From positions 23,126,001 through 23,190,000 of the forward strand of contig OX597820.1 of the NCBI GenBank assembly GCA_951406725.2: DNA of 64,000 bases. The letters run 5' to 3'. Below the pieces are notes generated by a model. The model was not told the origin of the DNA. It saw only the letters and a list, made by a program, of their open reading frames with translations, and did not search any database. The position numbers and the translations under genes are program-made. Origin of the DNA: Octopus vulgaris (lineage: Eukaryota). Positions within the stretch are counted from its first letter, which is position 1, and each line of letters begins with the position of its first letter. Shown here in pieces: positions 38,833-50,700 of the stretch.

Positions 38833-39374
38833 CCTGGACGTGAAATTTTTTTTCCCACGAGAGTTCTGGACTCCAGTAACAAACTCATTTGCATACAGCC
38901 AATCAGAGCTGACCTTGACCTTGTTGTCAAGTTAACAAACACACTAAGTAAACTCAAGAAGATGAAGAACGGTGTTGTAAGTTGACCAATCGCCAAGTTA
39001 TGCCTGATTTTAGAAGACAAGTAATTAGGTAGATTGGCATCTATACCTATTATCGGATTTTGTTAGGGCCCCATATGGTAAAGATGTGGGTAGAGGGTGT
39101 TGTGCTAGCAGCCCTCTCCCCTTACTGTTTTACAAAGTAAACAACAACACAAATAATTACGCAGAGGCAGCCATGGTTGAAACAAGAACAACAAGCATTC
39201 TTAAAAGAGGAAAGAAGTATGGTCATTCCTTACTCAAGTGACCTTATCTTATCACCCATCACTTGTTATGCACTTATAAATCAGTTTGATAATTGAGCTC
39301 TGATTGGCTGTATGCAAATGAGTTCATAAGTGGGGTCCAGAACTCTTGTGGGAAAATGTTTTTCGCAGCCTAGG
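38833..39374. mobile_element. Unclassified element with about 75-bp imperfect terminal inverted repeats
   Basis: Perfect 29-bp core AACTCATTTGCATACAGCCAATCAGAGCT at 38882-38910 and its reverse complement at 39296-39324, extended outward by CCCAC.AGAGTTCTGGAC. Confidence 0.75.
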
Positions 39375-39767
39375 GAGGGATTTATTAAAATTTCAAAGCT
39401 CAAAGAGGCAAAGATTGTTTGTATAACTGAAAAAAGAAAGAAAGACTAGAGTCAATCAGTTTGTGAGTTAGTGGGTATAGCAGTTGCACTGACTGACACA
39501 CACATGTAAACAATACTTGCACAACAAATACTTAGAGATTTTCTAACCACAAAGAGGACTCTCAATCTTTATATAGAGGAGTGGTTTCCATGAAAGTGAG
39601 CAGAGGTTGTGCAGCCTGATATCTAAGGCAAGGAATGTTTTGCTCACATTTTATTCATGAGTGAGAAAAGTATAATATTGCAGGTAGGTCATTTTTATAT
39701 GATAAATGGCTGCACCTTGGCATCACTGAAATAAGACAAAAACTTCATTTTTTTTAAGGTCTACGTG

Positions 39768-40088
39768 AAGGTGTGTGGCTTAGTGGTTAGAGTATTCAAC
39801 TTGCAATCAGAAAGTTGTGAGTTCAATTCCTGGTGGTGCACTGTGTCCTTGAACAAGACACTTTATCTCATGTTGCTCCAGTTCACTCAGCTGGCAAAAA
39901 TGAGTATTAGCTGTAATTCAAAGGGCCAGCCTTGTCAACATTCTGCATCACATCAAATCTCCCTGAGAACTATACCAAGGGTACACATGTCTGTGAAGTG
40001 CTCAGCCACTTACATATTAATTTCATGAACTGGCTACCCCCACTGGTCTGACCAACTAGAATGCTCTTCATCGTAACCAATGGAGTGA
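39768..40088 (+). mobile_element. SINE family C (tRNA head + CORE-like), tail type b
   Basis: Same head/CORE as 4135-4452 but with tail ...TTCAAAGGGCCAGCCTTGTCA...CTCCCTGAGAACTA...; related copies at about 19465-19730 (+) and 60008-60255 (-). Confidence 0.78.
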
Positions 40089-41524
40089 TAGTTTTTGTGG
40101 GGTTTTTGTATGGTCCCCGCTAAAAGAAGCTATGCATGATTGCCAGGCATGTCCAGTTTTTATGTAGGGAATGTTAAGAAGGTGTGAAAAGTGGTATCAT
40201 AAGCACAGGAGTATGTATGGTTAGAATAATAATGAAGGGAATGTTAATGGAAAAAAAAAAAGGCAGAGACTGGGAGATATATCAAAATTTCTGGCACACA
40301 TCTGAGTAGATAGAAAAGGGGCTGCATAGAACTGAATGCAATAAAATGACCATTCACTAGTATGAGATACACACAGGTCTCTGGAGGCTTTACAAAATTA
40401 CCATGGTCAGTGAATAGAAAAATGGCCTGAAGTTGGCAAAAAGTGGTTCGTAATTATCTTCATTTATGTAAGAATACAGATTGATAGTTGGGTGGGGGCA
40501 TCTTAAAAGACCCTTCTTGCAGAGTATATATATATATATATATATACCTCATCATCATCATTGATTAATGTCCATTTTCCATGCTGCCATGGTTTGACCA
40601 GAGCTGGAAAGCCCCAAAGAGCTGCACCAGGCTTCAGTCTGACTTGGCATGGTTTCTATGGTTGGATGCCCTTCTTAATGCCAATCACTTCACAAAGTGT
40701 ACTGGTTGCCTTTTATTTATGTGGCACCGGCACAGGACACTTGCAGGCCAATCCTCTTCATCGGAGGGAGCAGCCCTAACACTTCTGCTGTGGAGTATGG
40801 GTCTTCTTGAGTACATCAAGATACCAGGTATCTAAGCTGAGAGTTTGTTTCACAATTTGAGTTTCATGCCACTGCAATCATCAGGCAAAACTGATTTTCA
40901 AAAAAATTAATATAGTTTATCTTTTAGATATAGTTTTAATAATAAAACAGCTATGTCCTTTACAACATGTATTGAGCACTCCTTTCTCATTCATCTGACA
41001 CTAAACAATGTATGTATAAATGTGTGTGTGCACATGCACATGTTACTGTCTCCTTGCCTTGACATCATATGATAGTTGTAAATGAGGGTCGCAATTATTC
41101 AAGCAGTACCATTTGTTTCCAATCTTCTGTGTCTGGTCATGGGAAACAAGTATTGTGGGCAAGAGAAAGGTTATCAAATTCCATCCAGCCCATGAGAGCA
41201 CAGAAAGGTAAAGATTAAGCCCATGATGATGATGACATACATATATGCATACATACATACATTCAAGTATATATATATATATATATATATACATTCCTAC
41301 ATATCAATATCAATGTCGCAGCCATGCCAGTCATCTTTGTAGCATATGTGCTTCTACTTTTTGACCATTTGAAATAAAAGAACATAGCTAACTGAAACCT
41401 CCCTTCTACAGACATCCTCCACATATTTCGTACAACCAAAGTTTCAGATCCAATATATATGAATGACACCCTTCTTTCAGTTTCTGTCTACCAAATTCAC
41501 TCGCAAAGCTTTGGTTGGCCCAGG

Positions 41525-42055
41525 CAGGCCTGGTTTTAAATCAATTAGACAGATTTGTTCAAATTGGATCCTGTGCTTGAGCCAAGGACGCTATGATGAA
41601 TTTAATATTTCCTTAAGTCTTTATTACTTGAGGATTTACTTAATAATATCTATAATGGTCACATCAGGTGAAAGAAGTTTTTTGAAACCGATTAAAATAT
41701 ACCCATGGTCATCAGTTTCACAAGAGAGACTAAATAATTTGGTGATGCTATCTATAGAAAATGACATGACAAAAACCACTGACTTTCAAATGATTTTGAA
41801 AGCTTTCTCAGATACAAAAAAAGAGCCAGAAAAGTCTGTTTTTAGAAAGCCTATTCACAAATAACATGTCAGTAATTATCTTGACTTGTAATAAAACATT
41901 AAAACTTTCATATAAGCTTTCCATTTTTAGTATATCATTGTGGCTAATGGTGGAGTGTCCAGTCCTCAATGCTTCTTGGTTGGGACAAAACATGAAACAC
42001 CATTCTTCAGCTTTTGTAAAGTAACTGAGCCCCACACTTCCTAGCACTGGCCCCG
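41525..42055 (+). mobile_element. Deleted hAT transposon retaining the C-terminal dimerisation-domain remnant, nested in a family A SINE
   Basis: LRIYLIISIMVTSGERSF...SSVSQERLNNLVMLSIEND is the hAT dimerisation signature; 8-bp TSD GGCCCAGG at 41517-41524 and 42056-42063. Confidence 0.85.
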
Positions 42056-42299
42056 GGCCCAGGGCTGCTGTAGAAGATACTTGCCCAAGTGCCATGCAGT
42101 GGGACTGACCCCAAAACCATGTGGTTGGGAAGCAAGCTTCTAACCACATAGCCACACAGGCATGGCTGTGTGTACTTACTACATGGCTGAATGTATACAT
42201 GTACATTATGATTAAAGTCAATCAATAATAATATAGTAGAACAAATATAACTCAGGTAAACATAGTTTACTTTCACTTTTGATGTACATGGTGAAATGT

Positions 42300-42527
42300 T
42301 TAACCTTTTAGCATTCAGATAACTCTGTCAAATGTAATGCTTATTTATTCACAGTGTTTTGAATTAATTATGCACCATCTTGTAACTTTGGGATTTCTAT
42401 GATGTGATTGTTTATTTTTAGAATGACATTGTAGAGTAAGTGTGAGAGGCTGGATCTGGTCAATTTGAACATAAAACTTGTAGAATATTTAGGCTGGATA
42501 TGGCCCGTTTAAATGCTAAAAGCTTAA
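42300..42527. mobile_element. Second TTAA-flanked (piggyBac-like) MITE family
   Basis: TTAACCTTTTAGCATT ... AATGCTAAAAGCTTAA; relatives at about 37890-38120 and 32477-33143 (interrupted). Confidence 0.7.
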
Positions 42528-42744
42528 AGTACTTAAAGAGAAAATGAAGAACTTAGCAAAGGTACCAGGTATCTTAGCAAAGGAATTGGGGGGGAAAAAT
42601 AAGAGGGGGCCACAGCAAAGTTTTGGAAGATGAAATGGAAGAATAACTAGAAGTTCATGATTCTCCAAACTAGAAATGTAGGTGAAAGAAGATAAATATG
42701 AATGAACATAAACATTTTAATATGGACAGATTTCTACTTGTTTA

Positions 42745-43105
42745 ACCAAAGGTTAGCTATGATGAAGCAGAGACATGATGAGAGGCTTCAAAAATGACAG
42801 TCCTGCTATTTTTTAAGAGCAATAAAGCATAATCTGAAATAAAATTGGCTGCTATTTCTAGCTGGTAGAGTGACAATGTTCGTTTGTCATCTTACTAGTT
42901 GTTGGTTAGTCCCAAGTCAAGTTGTTTGTTTTTTTTAACCTGTGTAAACCTGCCATGACCATCCAGTCATTTTGTAGACAGTGTACATACAACTACATTA
43001 CCAGATGTGTCCATTTTTTAAAAAGAAGTTTGGGAGTGATTTGGGGGAGATTTGACTGCGATTTCTAGTAGAATGAACCACCACGAAGATACTTCCCCGT
43101 TAGCT
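42745..43105. repeat. Ancient interspersed repeat (core TTGGCTGCTATTTCTAGCAG...)
   Basis: Degenerate copies at about 10620-10825, 12130-12325, 13655-13845, 28315-28525, 48455-48660, 50065-50350 and 57255-57415. Confidence 0.65.
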
Positions 43106-46100
43106 TGGACCCTATTTGTTGCAGAATTTATGAATAAAATAATGAAGATTCAAGGTGAAAGTATTCTAATATCGAATAACTGTTCTCTTATTCCATTCCC
43201 AGTAAATTCATCCACCCACATTCTCCGCCCGCTAACCCTAGGAGGGTTGTTTGGATAGAGTTTTCAGGCACCTCCTCCATATGATCGTATCAGAAGCAAC
43301 CGTCATTACGGTTGCCGACTGCATTTCCAAGCGTGACCAGCTGAGACTATAGATATTATACAACCACCTCACTCGTGAGCTAAACCTAGGTCTCCATGCT
43401 AGCAGGCCCAGCTTAAAGAATTTGTCTTGCAATTTTTTCCTGCGACATTCTAATCACATGTCCGCAGTAAAGAAACTGTGACCTCTAAATGCGGAGAAGC
43501 AGCTCGACCTGGAGAGACTATGATCTCTTAGCTGTGCACCCTGTCGAGTAATGTTATTCTAGAAACCCTTCAGACGAACCCCATATAGGCTCCTTGCATT
43601 CGTGATCTTAGTTTTTCAGTCATTAACCAACATTCGTGACCATAGGAGTTGATAAGAACGGAAGCCGAACTGAAGAAAGCAAGTCCGGCTTTTTCAGTCA
43701 ATGTCTCATTTTCTGGGGATCCAGTGTTGGAGTTGGAGCATTACTGTGCCAGCTCCCAGTAAATTAGAAGTTTTAAAATTGTCTTAAAACAAAAATTTGC
43801 AAACCCAAACTACCTAGAAGTAACAGTTTTCGAAAATGATATCAACTTAATAAACCTTTCTAATACATTCTGAGTTCAAATCCCGCCGAAGCCAACTTTA
43901 CTTTTCATCCTTTCGAGGCCGATAAAATAAAGTACGGTCAAATACTGGATTGTTTAATATCGAGTAATTCCTTCCCCTCAACTTGCTGGCTCTGTGCCAA
44001 AATTAGAAAACGTTATATTAAGCACTGTCACCTCGTCGAAGACTTTGGTCTTTCGATTTGCCTGTCACAATTCTGGCAGTAATGCCGATGGAATTCTCTC
44101 CAGTTCCTTCTTCTAACATTCTAACACAGTAATTCTGTTAACATTCTAAAACCCAAACACTTCACAGGAATATCAAGACTAATATACATCGTTAAGTCAG
44201 AGGTGTTAGTCATCTCAAACCTAAAACTACTTCTTTTGAGTGGAAGAATTAACACAAAAGAATCAAGATAGCTATTAAAGAAAGAATGTCCCGACTAAAG
44301 CAGCCTTAAAATAGTAACACCTAGATAGAATACGTGTAATCTGTTCAAATTACAACAGATGTCGACGAAGCACGACACATTTCACAAAAGCTTGGCACTT
44401 TGGGAGCTAATCTGGCATATTCCTGTAAGCCATCCTAGATGCAAATAGAATTATAAATACAAAGCTGTCACGATTTGAATGACAAATTATAACGCCAACA
44501 GCTTGTACTATAAGCAAACTGTTTACACATAACGTGTGCTCTCTCGGCAACTTTAATTTTATACACACACACACACACACAGATATATATATATATACAT
44601 ACATGCATACATACATGTAAAAATGCAACAGAATCACCATTAAAAATTTAAAAAATATAAAATTTCAAGAGCAAAGGAGATAGATATAGAAAGAAAAGAA
44701 ATAGGTACTAGTACCAAGAAATATACTAGCGTACTAATTGGTTTCTAAGCAATTCACAATTCCTTTCATCTCAAGGGGACCCAAAGTAATTTTCGAGAAA
44801 TTTCGACACACTCCTTAGACGGATACAGTCATTTGAGAGATTTATTCATACTATTAACAAGAAATTCTGAATTTGGATGAAGTTCTGCGAAATACTGATT
44901 CTGGCCTTATAAGGTTCCTTAATTGCAAAGAATAGTATATAGGGGTGCTTGGAACGCATCGACAATTCTCTTGTTTACAGAGGTTAAAAAAAAAACACAC
45001 ACAAACAACTCGAGAGAAAAAGAGAAAAGGAAGCTATCTAAGATGTAAATAATCTCAACGTTAACTTCAATCTTTATCAGTTTTAAATTAACCCTCGTAA
45101 ACAGTTGTCTTTGGCTAGGACTGACTCCCAAGGAATCGGCAATAAGAGTTAAAATATAGTATTACTAACTTAAAAGAAAATACAGATTACAACATACAAC
45201 AACAACGATATTAGTGATTATATTATTCTTATTATTGATTTTTTTTACATATATGACCCAAAACATACCCGTTTTACCTGCATTATAAGCCCGTTGGCAA
45301 ACGAGCCTTATAGTATTTATTAATTGACAGCAGGCCACATCATACACGGATCTGAATTGGGCCCCTAAACCCATGAATGTCCCTGAGCAACTACCTAGAG
45401 TGTGTCCCATACCTTAAGAAGGCACTAGTCCCGAACGTATCGATGTCAACGTTCAATTGCATCCTGGTGGGACCAATCAAATAAACACCAGCATAGTCAA
45501 ATTATACGAGGTATATTAATCTCCGACAAACATTATGTGACTAACCAAAAGAAAATGCATGAATATCAAATCTTTCCCCTTTCTCCTTCCTTAAAAAAAA
45601 AAAAGACGAAAGATTTTATAATAATAAAATAATACTAAAATTATTGTATACAGTGCTCAGGTGCACCATTATCTACATAAACAATTGTTTTCGTTTATAA
45701 TGATTATTATAGCTCTAACTATCCTAGTTTCAATTCCCACTTGTAGCCATTTCAATTTGATGACGCCAAGTTATGTTCACATTTTTGAAAGAAAATGTGA
45801 AATTCATAACATTCCATCTCTCTTCCTTTATAAATCTAATACACTGCGTTCTTATTAAAGACTACATTATTATAGTATAACAATTTAACAAACCTGCCAT
45901 TCTCAGTGTTCCGTTTGAGCTACCACCAAAATTTGGCATTGACCATTACAAGAGGTTTAGCTTTTGACTATCCTGGTCACAGAACAATTGAAGAATGAGT
46001 ATGAAATGAGTTGATTTATATATATATATATATATACAGTCTAAAAGAACACTATTTGTGTAACGATTGATTACTTGGTGCCAGCTGCGCAGCAATAAAC

Positions 46101-46599
46101 GTTGGAATGGTATTATTTACTTCGAAATGAAAAAAAGATAAATAATAATAATAATAATAGAGACAGTCAAAACAAAAACAAACAACGAAGCAGAGATCAT
46201 ACTTTGGTACACGAGATTCTAACTCGAGCCAAACGATGAAAAGGTTATTAAGTTATTGTCGATGCCAGACAAACAATTCCTTGGCAATAACGGTTTTCAA
46301 ACCGCATAAATCCCTCGATATTCTTCGTTATTTTGTTTTCTTTTTGTTCCTGTTTCTCACAGTCTGTCACTGACATGGCAAACAGATGACACACTGTTTC
46401 AATAATTTTAGCTTAAAACTTTGCCCTTATATTCCTATAGGTCAGTATTATTATTAAAACTCAACAACCACGCATATAAACATCAATTATTGGTTCATAT
46501 AATACAATAAACTCCATAATCCACTCCTTTTTATTTGCTAATTTTCTGCTGTACTTTCTTCTGCCTTTAAAGCCTCGTGCCATTACAGAACGCAAACGT

Positions 46600-46935
46600 A
46601 GCTTACCCTTACCAACATCCTATTTCCCTTTTATTACAGACAACATAAACAACAATTTTCCACAACACTTAACACATAGACAGATATATAAACACACGTA
46701 TGAACCACTTACCTTTCGATTTTTTTGTACCTTTCCCAGATGAATTACTTTTGTCTCGGACAAACAAAAACAGAAAAATTTTTTCCCTTCGAAAAAACTA
46801 CGTAAACCAAGGGGGAGACAACCGAGTGTGGCAGTGTCGATGTGGTAATGCGATCGGATGGAAGTCTCTTTCGACGGGAGGTACATTCAGCATGGATCCA
46901 AACCGTGGTGACGTTAAAAGCTAGTGTAAGTATCA
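46600..46935. promoter_or_regulatory. Putative bidirectional promoter with non-coding first exons of FGFR1OP2 (-) and C2CD5 (+)
   Basis: Both ATG exons start with splice acceptors, so each needs an upstream exon. Strong outward-facing donors are AAG|GTAAGT on minus (46713/46712; two more GTAAG at about 46612 and 46606) and AGT|GTAAGT on plus (46925/46926). The region is unique, CpG-rich sequence. TSS positions cannot be determined. Confidence 0.65.
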
Positions 46936-47668
46936 AACAAAACTCCAGCTAAGCCAGGCGCCAGCAAAATAACATTCTCCTTTACAGAGACGTTCTAAAC
47001 GTCTCTTCATAGCTTCATCATTCGAACTAATCGTCTCTCTTGTCTTACGCTGTCATACATTTTCTACACTCCATCCGCAGAAAACCGATTCTCTCGGTAC
47101 TAATTTCCAAGGGAGAGGAGGAGGGGGGTCCTTCGTAAAATACCTTTTTTTTTCTGTTAAAAAAATATCTCTTAATTAAATTCAAAATGTTGCTACATTT
47201 CCAAACTTTAACGATAATTTCCATGTCTCTTTCTCTAACTAGATTTATATATATATACATATACATTCTAATATATGCAGCTTTATATTCAAGCTGACGT
47301 TTAAAGGTATGATATTATTGCGGATTGTTTAGAAAATGTTGAATGGCACTTTCATTTTCTTCGCTTTTTAATGAGGTTTAATTATTTCAGTTCTGTATTT
47401 CTGAATATGTCTATTGCATTTTAAATATTTTCTTTGCTATTTTAATTTTTCGAACACCCAAATGCTGCCTGCTAGTGCTGTACTAAGCACGAGTGTCTTC
47501 TGTATTATTGATCCGTTTGCTATCTTCCTCTGTACATACTATGTATATATTGAAAAAAAAAAAAAATCCTCTGTTCAGGCTTGTTTGAAAACCAATTTAT
47601 GGAAATATCTAGATGCAGTCCTAAATTTTAAACTGAATATAGTTAAAGCTTATAATGTTGCTACTTTG

Positions 47669-47712
<44 letters not shown>

Positions 47713-50700
47713 TACATACACACCACCCTTTTTGTATATGTTCATAGAAGTATTTCTCTAGTGGCTTCCGAATAGCTGAGGAAAGAATATATTTTACTGA
47801 AATAAATATTATATTATTAGCAATTTTCGTCCGTTTCAAACGAACTTTCGCGTACCTCCTCACGTATCGACGATAGCTGACTTTCCTTTAAATTAATACA
47901 GAATTGTCAAAACTCCTGGTGTGTGGGTGTGTTGCAGACTACGTACAGATCAAATGGTTAAATCTGGAAAAAAAAAAAAAGATACTCTTTAAATATTCGT
48001 ATTGTTATTAACGTTTGAGTTCAATTCCTTCATGCGTCCAATAAATGAATGTCACCAATATAATGATGATGAACGATATAATTGGCAGTAGACACCCACC
48101 TTCCAGAAAAAAAAAAGACATTTTCTAAGGGAAGAAAAAAAAATGATTGGAGGAGGGTAGTGTAAGTTTTCAACGCATCGAGTTCGCAATCTACTTTATA
48201 ATTGTGGTTAGAATCTATCGCTTTAAGATTCGGCATAGGATGAACATCACAATTTCCCTCTTTCACTCTCACATAAATTCAAAGAGTCATGTCTTAAGCA
48301 TTTTTGTTTTCCTAGTTGTGATGCAAACCCAAAGCATATAACCAAGTTTCAATTCTGAATTGGAACCGTCTGATTAATCGTTTGAAATAGTAAGTCTGTT
48401 ACGGTACCCCATTTCCCTTATATATAATTATAAGACAGGCAATCTGATGAAAAACCCTCTACGTTATCGCTCCACCTGTTAGGAATACCAGCAAAATTTA
48501 CTTTACATTTTCACCCGATCGTCTTTAAAAAAAGAAAGGGTAGAATGACGAGTTAGCTAATATAGTCCTAGATACACAGAATTATCGATAAAGCAGTTAC
48601 GATTGGAATGCCCTTTTGATCATAGATCTTTTTGATCATGGCTAACTTGGGTTTAAACATCTGTCAACACGATTTTCCCTGCTTATACAACGAATGATTT
48701 TGGTTATGATTCTATCGTTAATGACCCTCCATTTCACAAAAAACAACAACCCTTCTTTCCCCGAAAAGAAACCATTACCTATTTTAAATAATTTGATGCT
48801 AAGTCCAAATATGATGTAATTTTATTTGCTAATTGAATTAGCAAATAAAATTACATCATATTTTTTTGATGAAGTGCCACATCTGGGTTAATTTCTATGC
48901 TCCCAAATTACAACATATAAGGTTTTTATTATAAAAGCTTCTCTGTTGGCAAGTATCCACACTGTTCATATAGCCTGGTGATTGAGTCAATGTTAAAATC
49001 AAACTGTTTAAGATTAAGTCACAAACAAAAAATAGGATTTGTATGTTTTTTTTTTCTTTTCTAATTGTGATTGTTCAGTGGTTTGTAAGAATTGACAACT
49101 GGTATAATAATGTGTTGTATTGTGTTCTTCAATTGTAGTCTTTTAATGTAGCACAGTATTAGTTTTGCACTAATCCTCCTCCTTATCATCATCATTTAAC
49201 ATCCAGCTCCCATGCTGGCTTGTGTTGGACAGTTTGACCAGGGTCTGAGTCAGAGGACTGCATCATGCACCAATGCCTATTTTAGCATGGTTTCAATGGC
49301 TGGATGCCACTCCTAACACCATCCACTATACAAAATGTACTGGATGCCTTTTTTGTGGCACCAGCACTGGTGATGATCAGCTTGTAACTTGCAAGGCTAA
49401 GGCCCTAAAGTGGTCCCTATAACTGAAGAACAGATGTGAGAGTGAACAATAATCCTGTGCAAAGGGACGAGGGATGGTAAGAAGAGAGAATGGCGGAGTA
49501 TGGCAGTGAAAGGGATTTGTGAAAGGTTTGAGAAAACAGGAAAATCAGAGGTCAAAAGGTGATAGAGTTGGTCGTGTAGTTGGGTCTGGGGTTGTAAATA
49601 TGGACAGGTGTGAAAAGAAAGGACACAAGAAGGGATAAATCGACTAGGTAGGGTGGTATCCTGTGAAAGCTACTGAAAGAAAGAGAGATGAAGCAATGGT
49701 AGTGTGACATTAATAAGGCTTCAGTTGGCTCTGCTTGAATTGACCTGCACAACAGGGATAAGTCTTTGAATGCATGTAAGCAGCCAAGCACTCTGAACAT
49801 GTAGATTTTCTTTTGCTTTGAGATATCTTATTGTACTCAGTGCCAAGAATGTTTAGCTGCATAAGGTTTATATAGTATTTGCTAAGGCATATTGTGTCAA
49901 CATTGTTGGGAGGGTTGTTTTCATACATTAAAGTCTCTGTTGATGATTGCAGTCCCCAGTGCAATCATCTGGAGACAGGCAGGGTAAATATTGCTAGTAC
50001 AACAGATCTACAGCAGTGTATCTTATAAGCTACCCCTGTTTATCACCTAACTGATACCCAAGTGTTTGCTCAGCCTGCTGTAAATTATCAACCAAATTTT
50101 CTCCAACTTAAAAATGGACAAAGTCCAATCTTGGATACACTATGTCTGAAATATAAAAAAAAAAAAATGAGACAATCATGTTTGGCATGCTAAAGTAGAA
50201 GTCAGATCTCCACTTCACATGCTACTTTTGAAAAGAGATACATTGACTGATTATTTTCTGTGTGTAAACAAAAATAAATGGGATAGTCATGGCTGGAATG
50301 CCTTTGATCATGCGTAGCTGTGTTTGGGCCATTCTGAGATTAAACAACAAATACTTTCATTAAGCGCTTTGGTTCTTATAGCGCAAAGGTCATCAATGAC
50401 TTTTCTGCATTGTTTTCAACTTTGGGTAGTTGACCTTGCAGCTTCCTTTTGGCTTTTGCTGCACCACATAAAACCTTCTCCTCCCAGGTCTTGCTGGTTT
50501 TCAATTGCCATCAATGCTTCTGTAATTTTGCTTTTTTCTAGGTAGGGGTATTGGCCCTACACAGACCCTTCTTTAATTTTGGAAAGAGGTGATCTGGTGA
50601 TCCATATTAGTCTGGCCTCTATCCTTTGACCTGTCCAGCATGTAAGGCCCTATCAGGAGCTGGTGCTCTACTAATATAGCTCTCTGGGTTAGTGGAGCAC

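Noticed and set aside
46620-46936. Overlapping short ORFs at the promoter as genes
   Set aside because: They read through consensus splice donors and show no homology; better explained as UTR exons.
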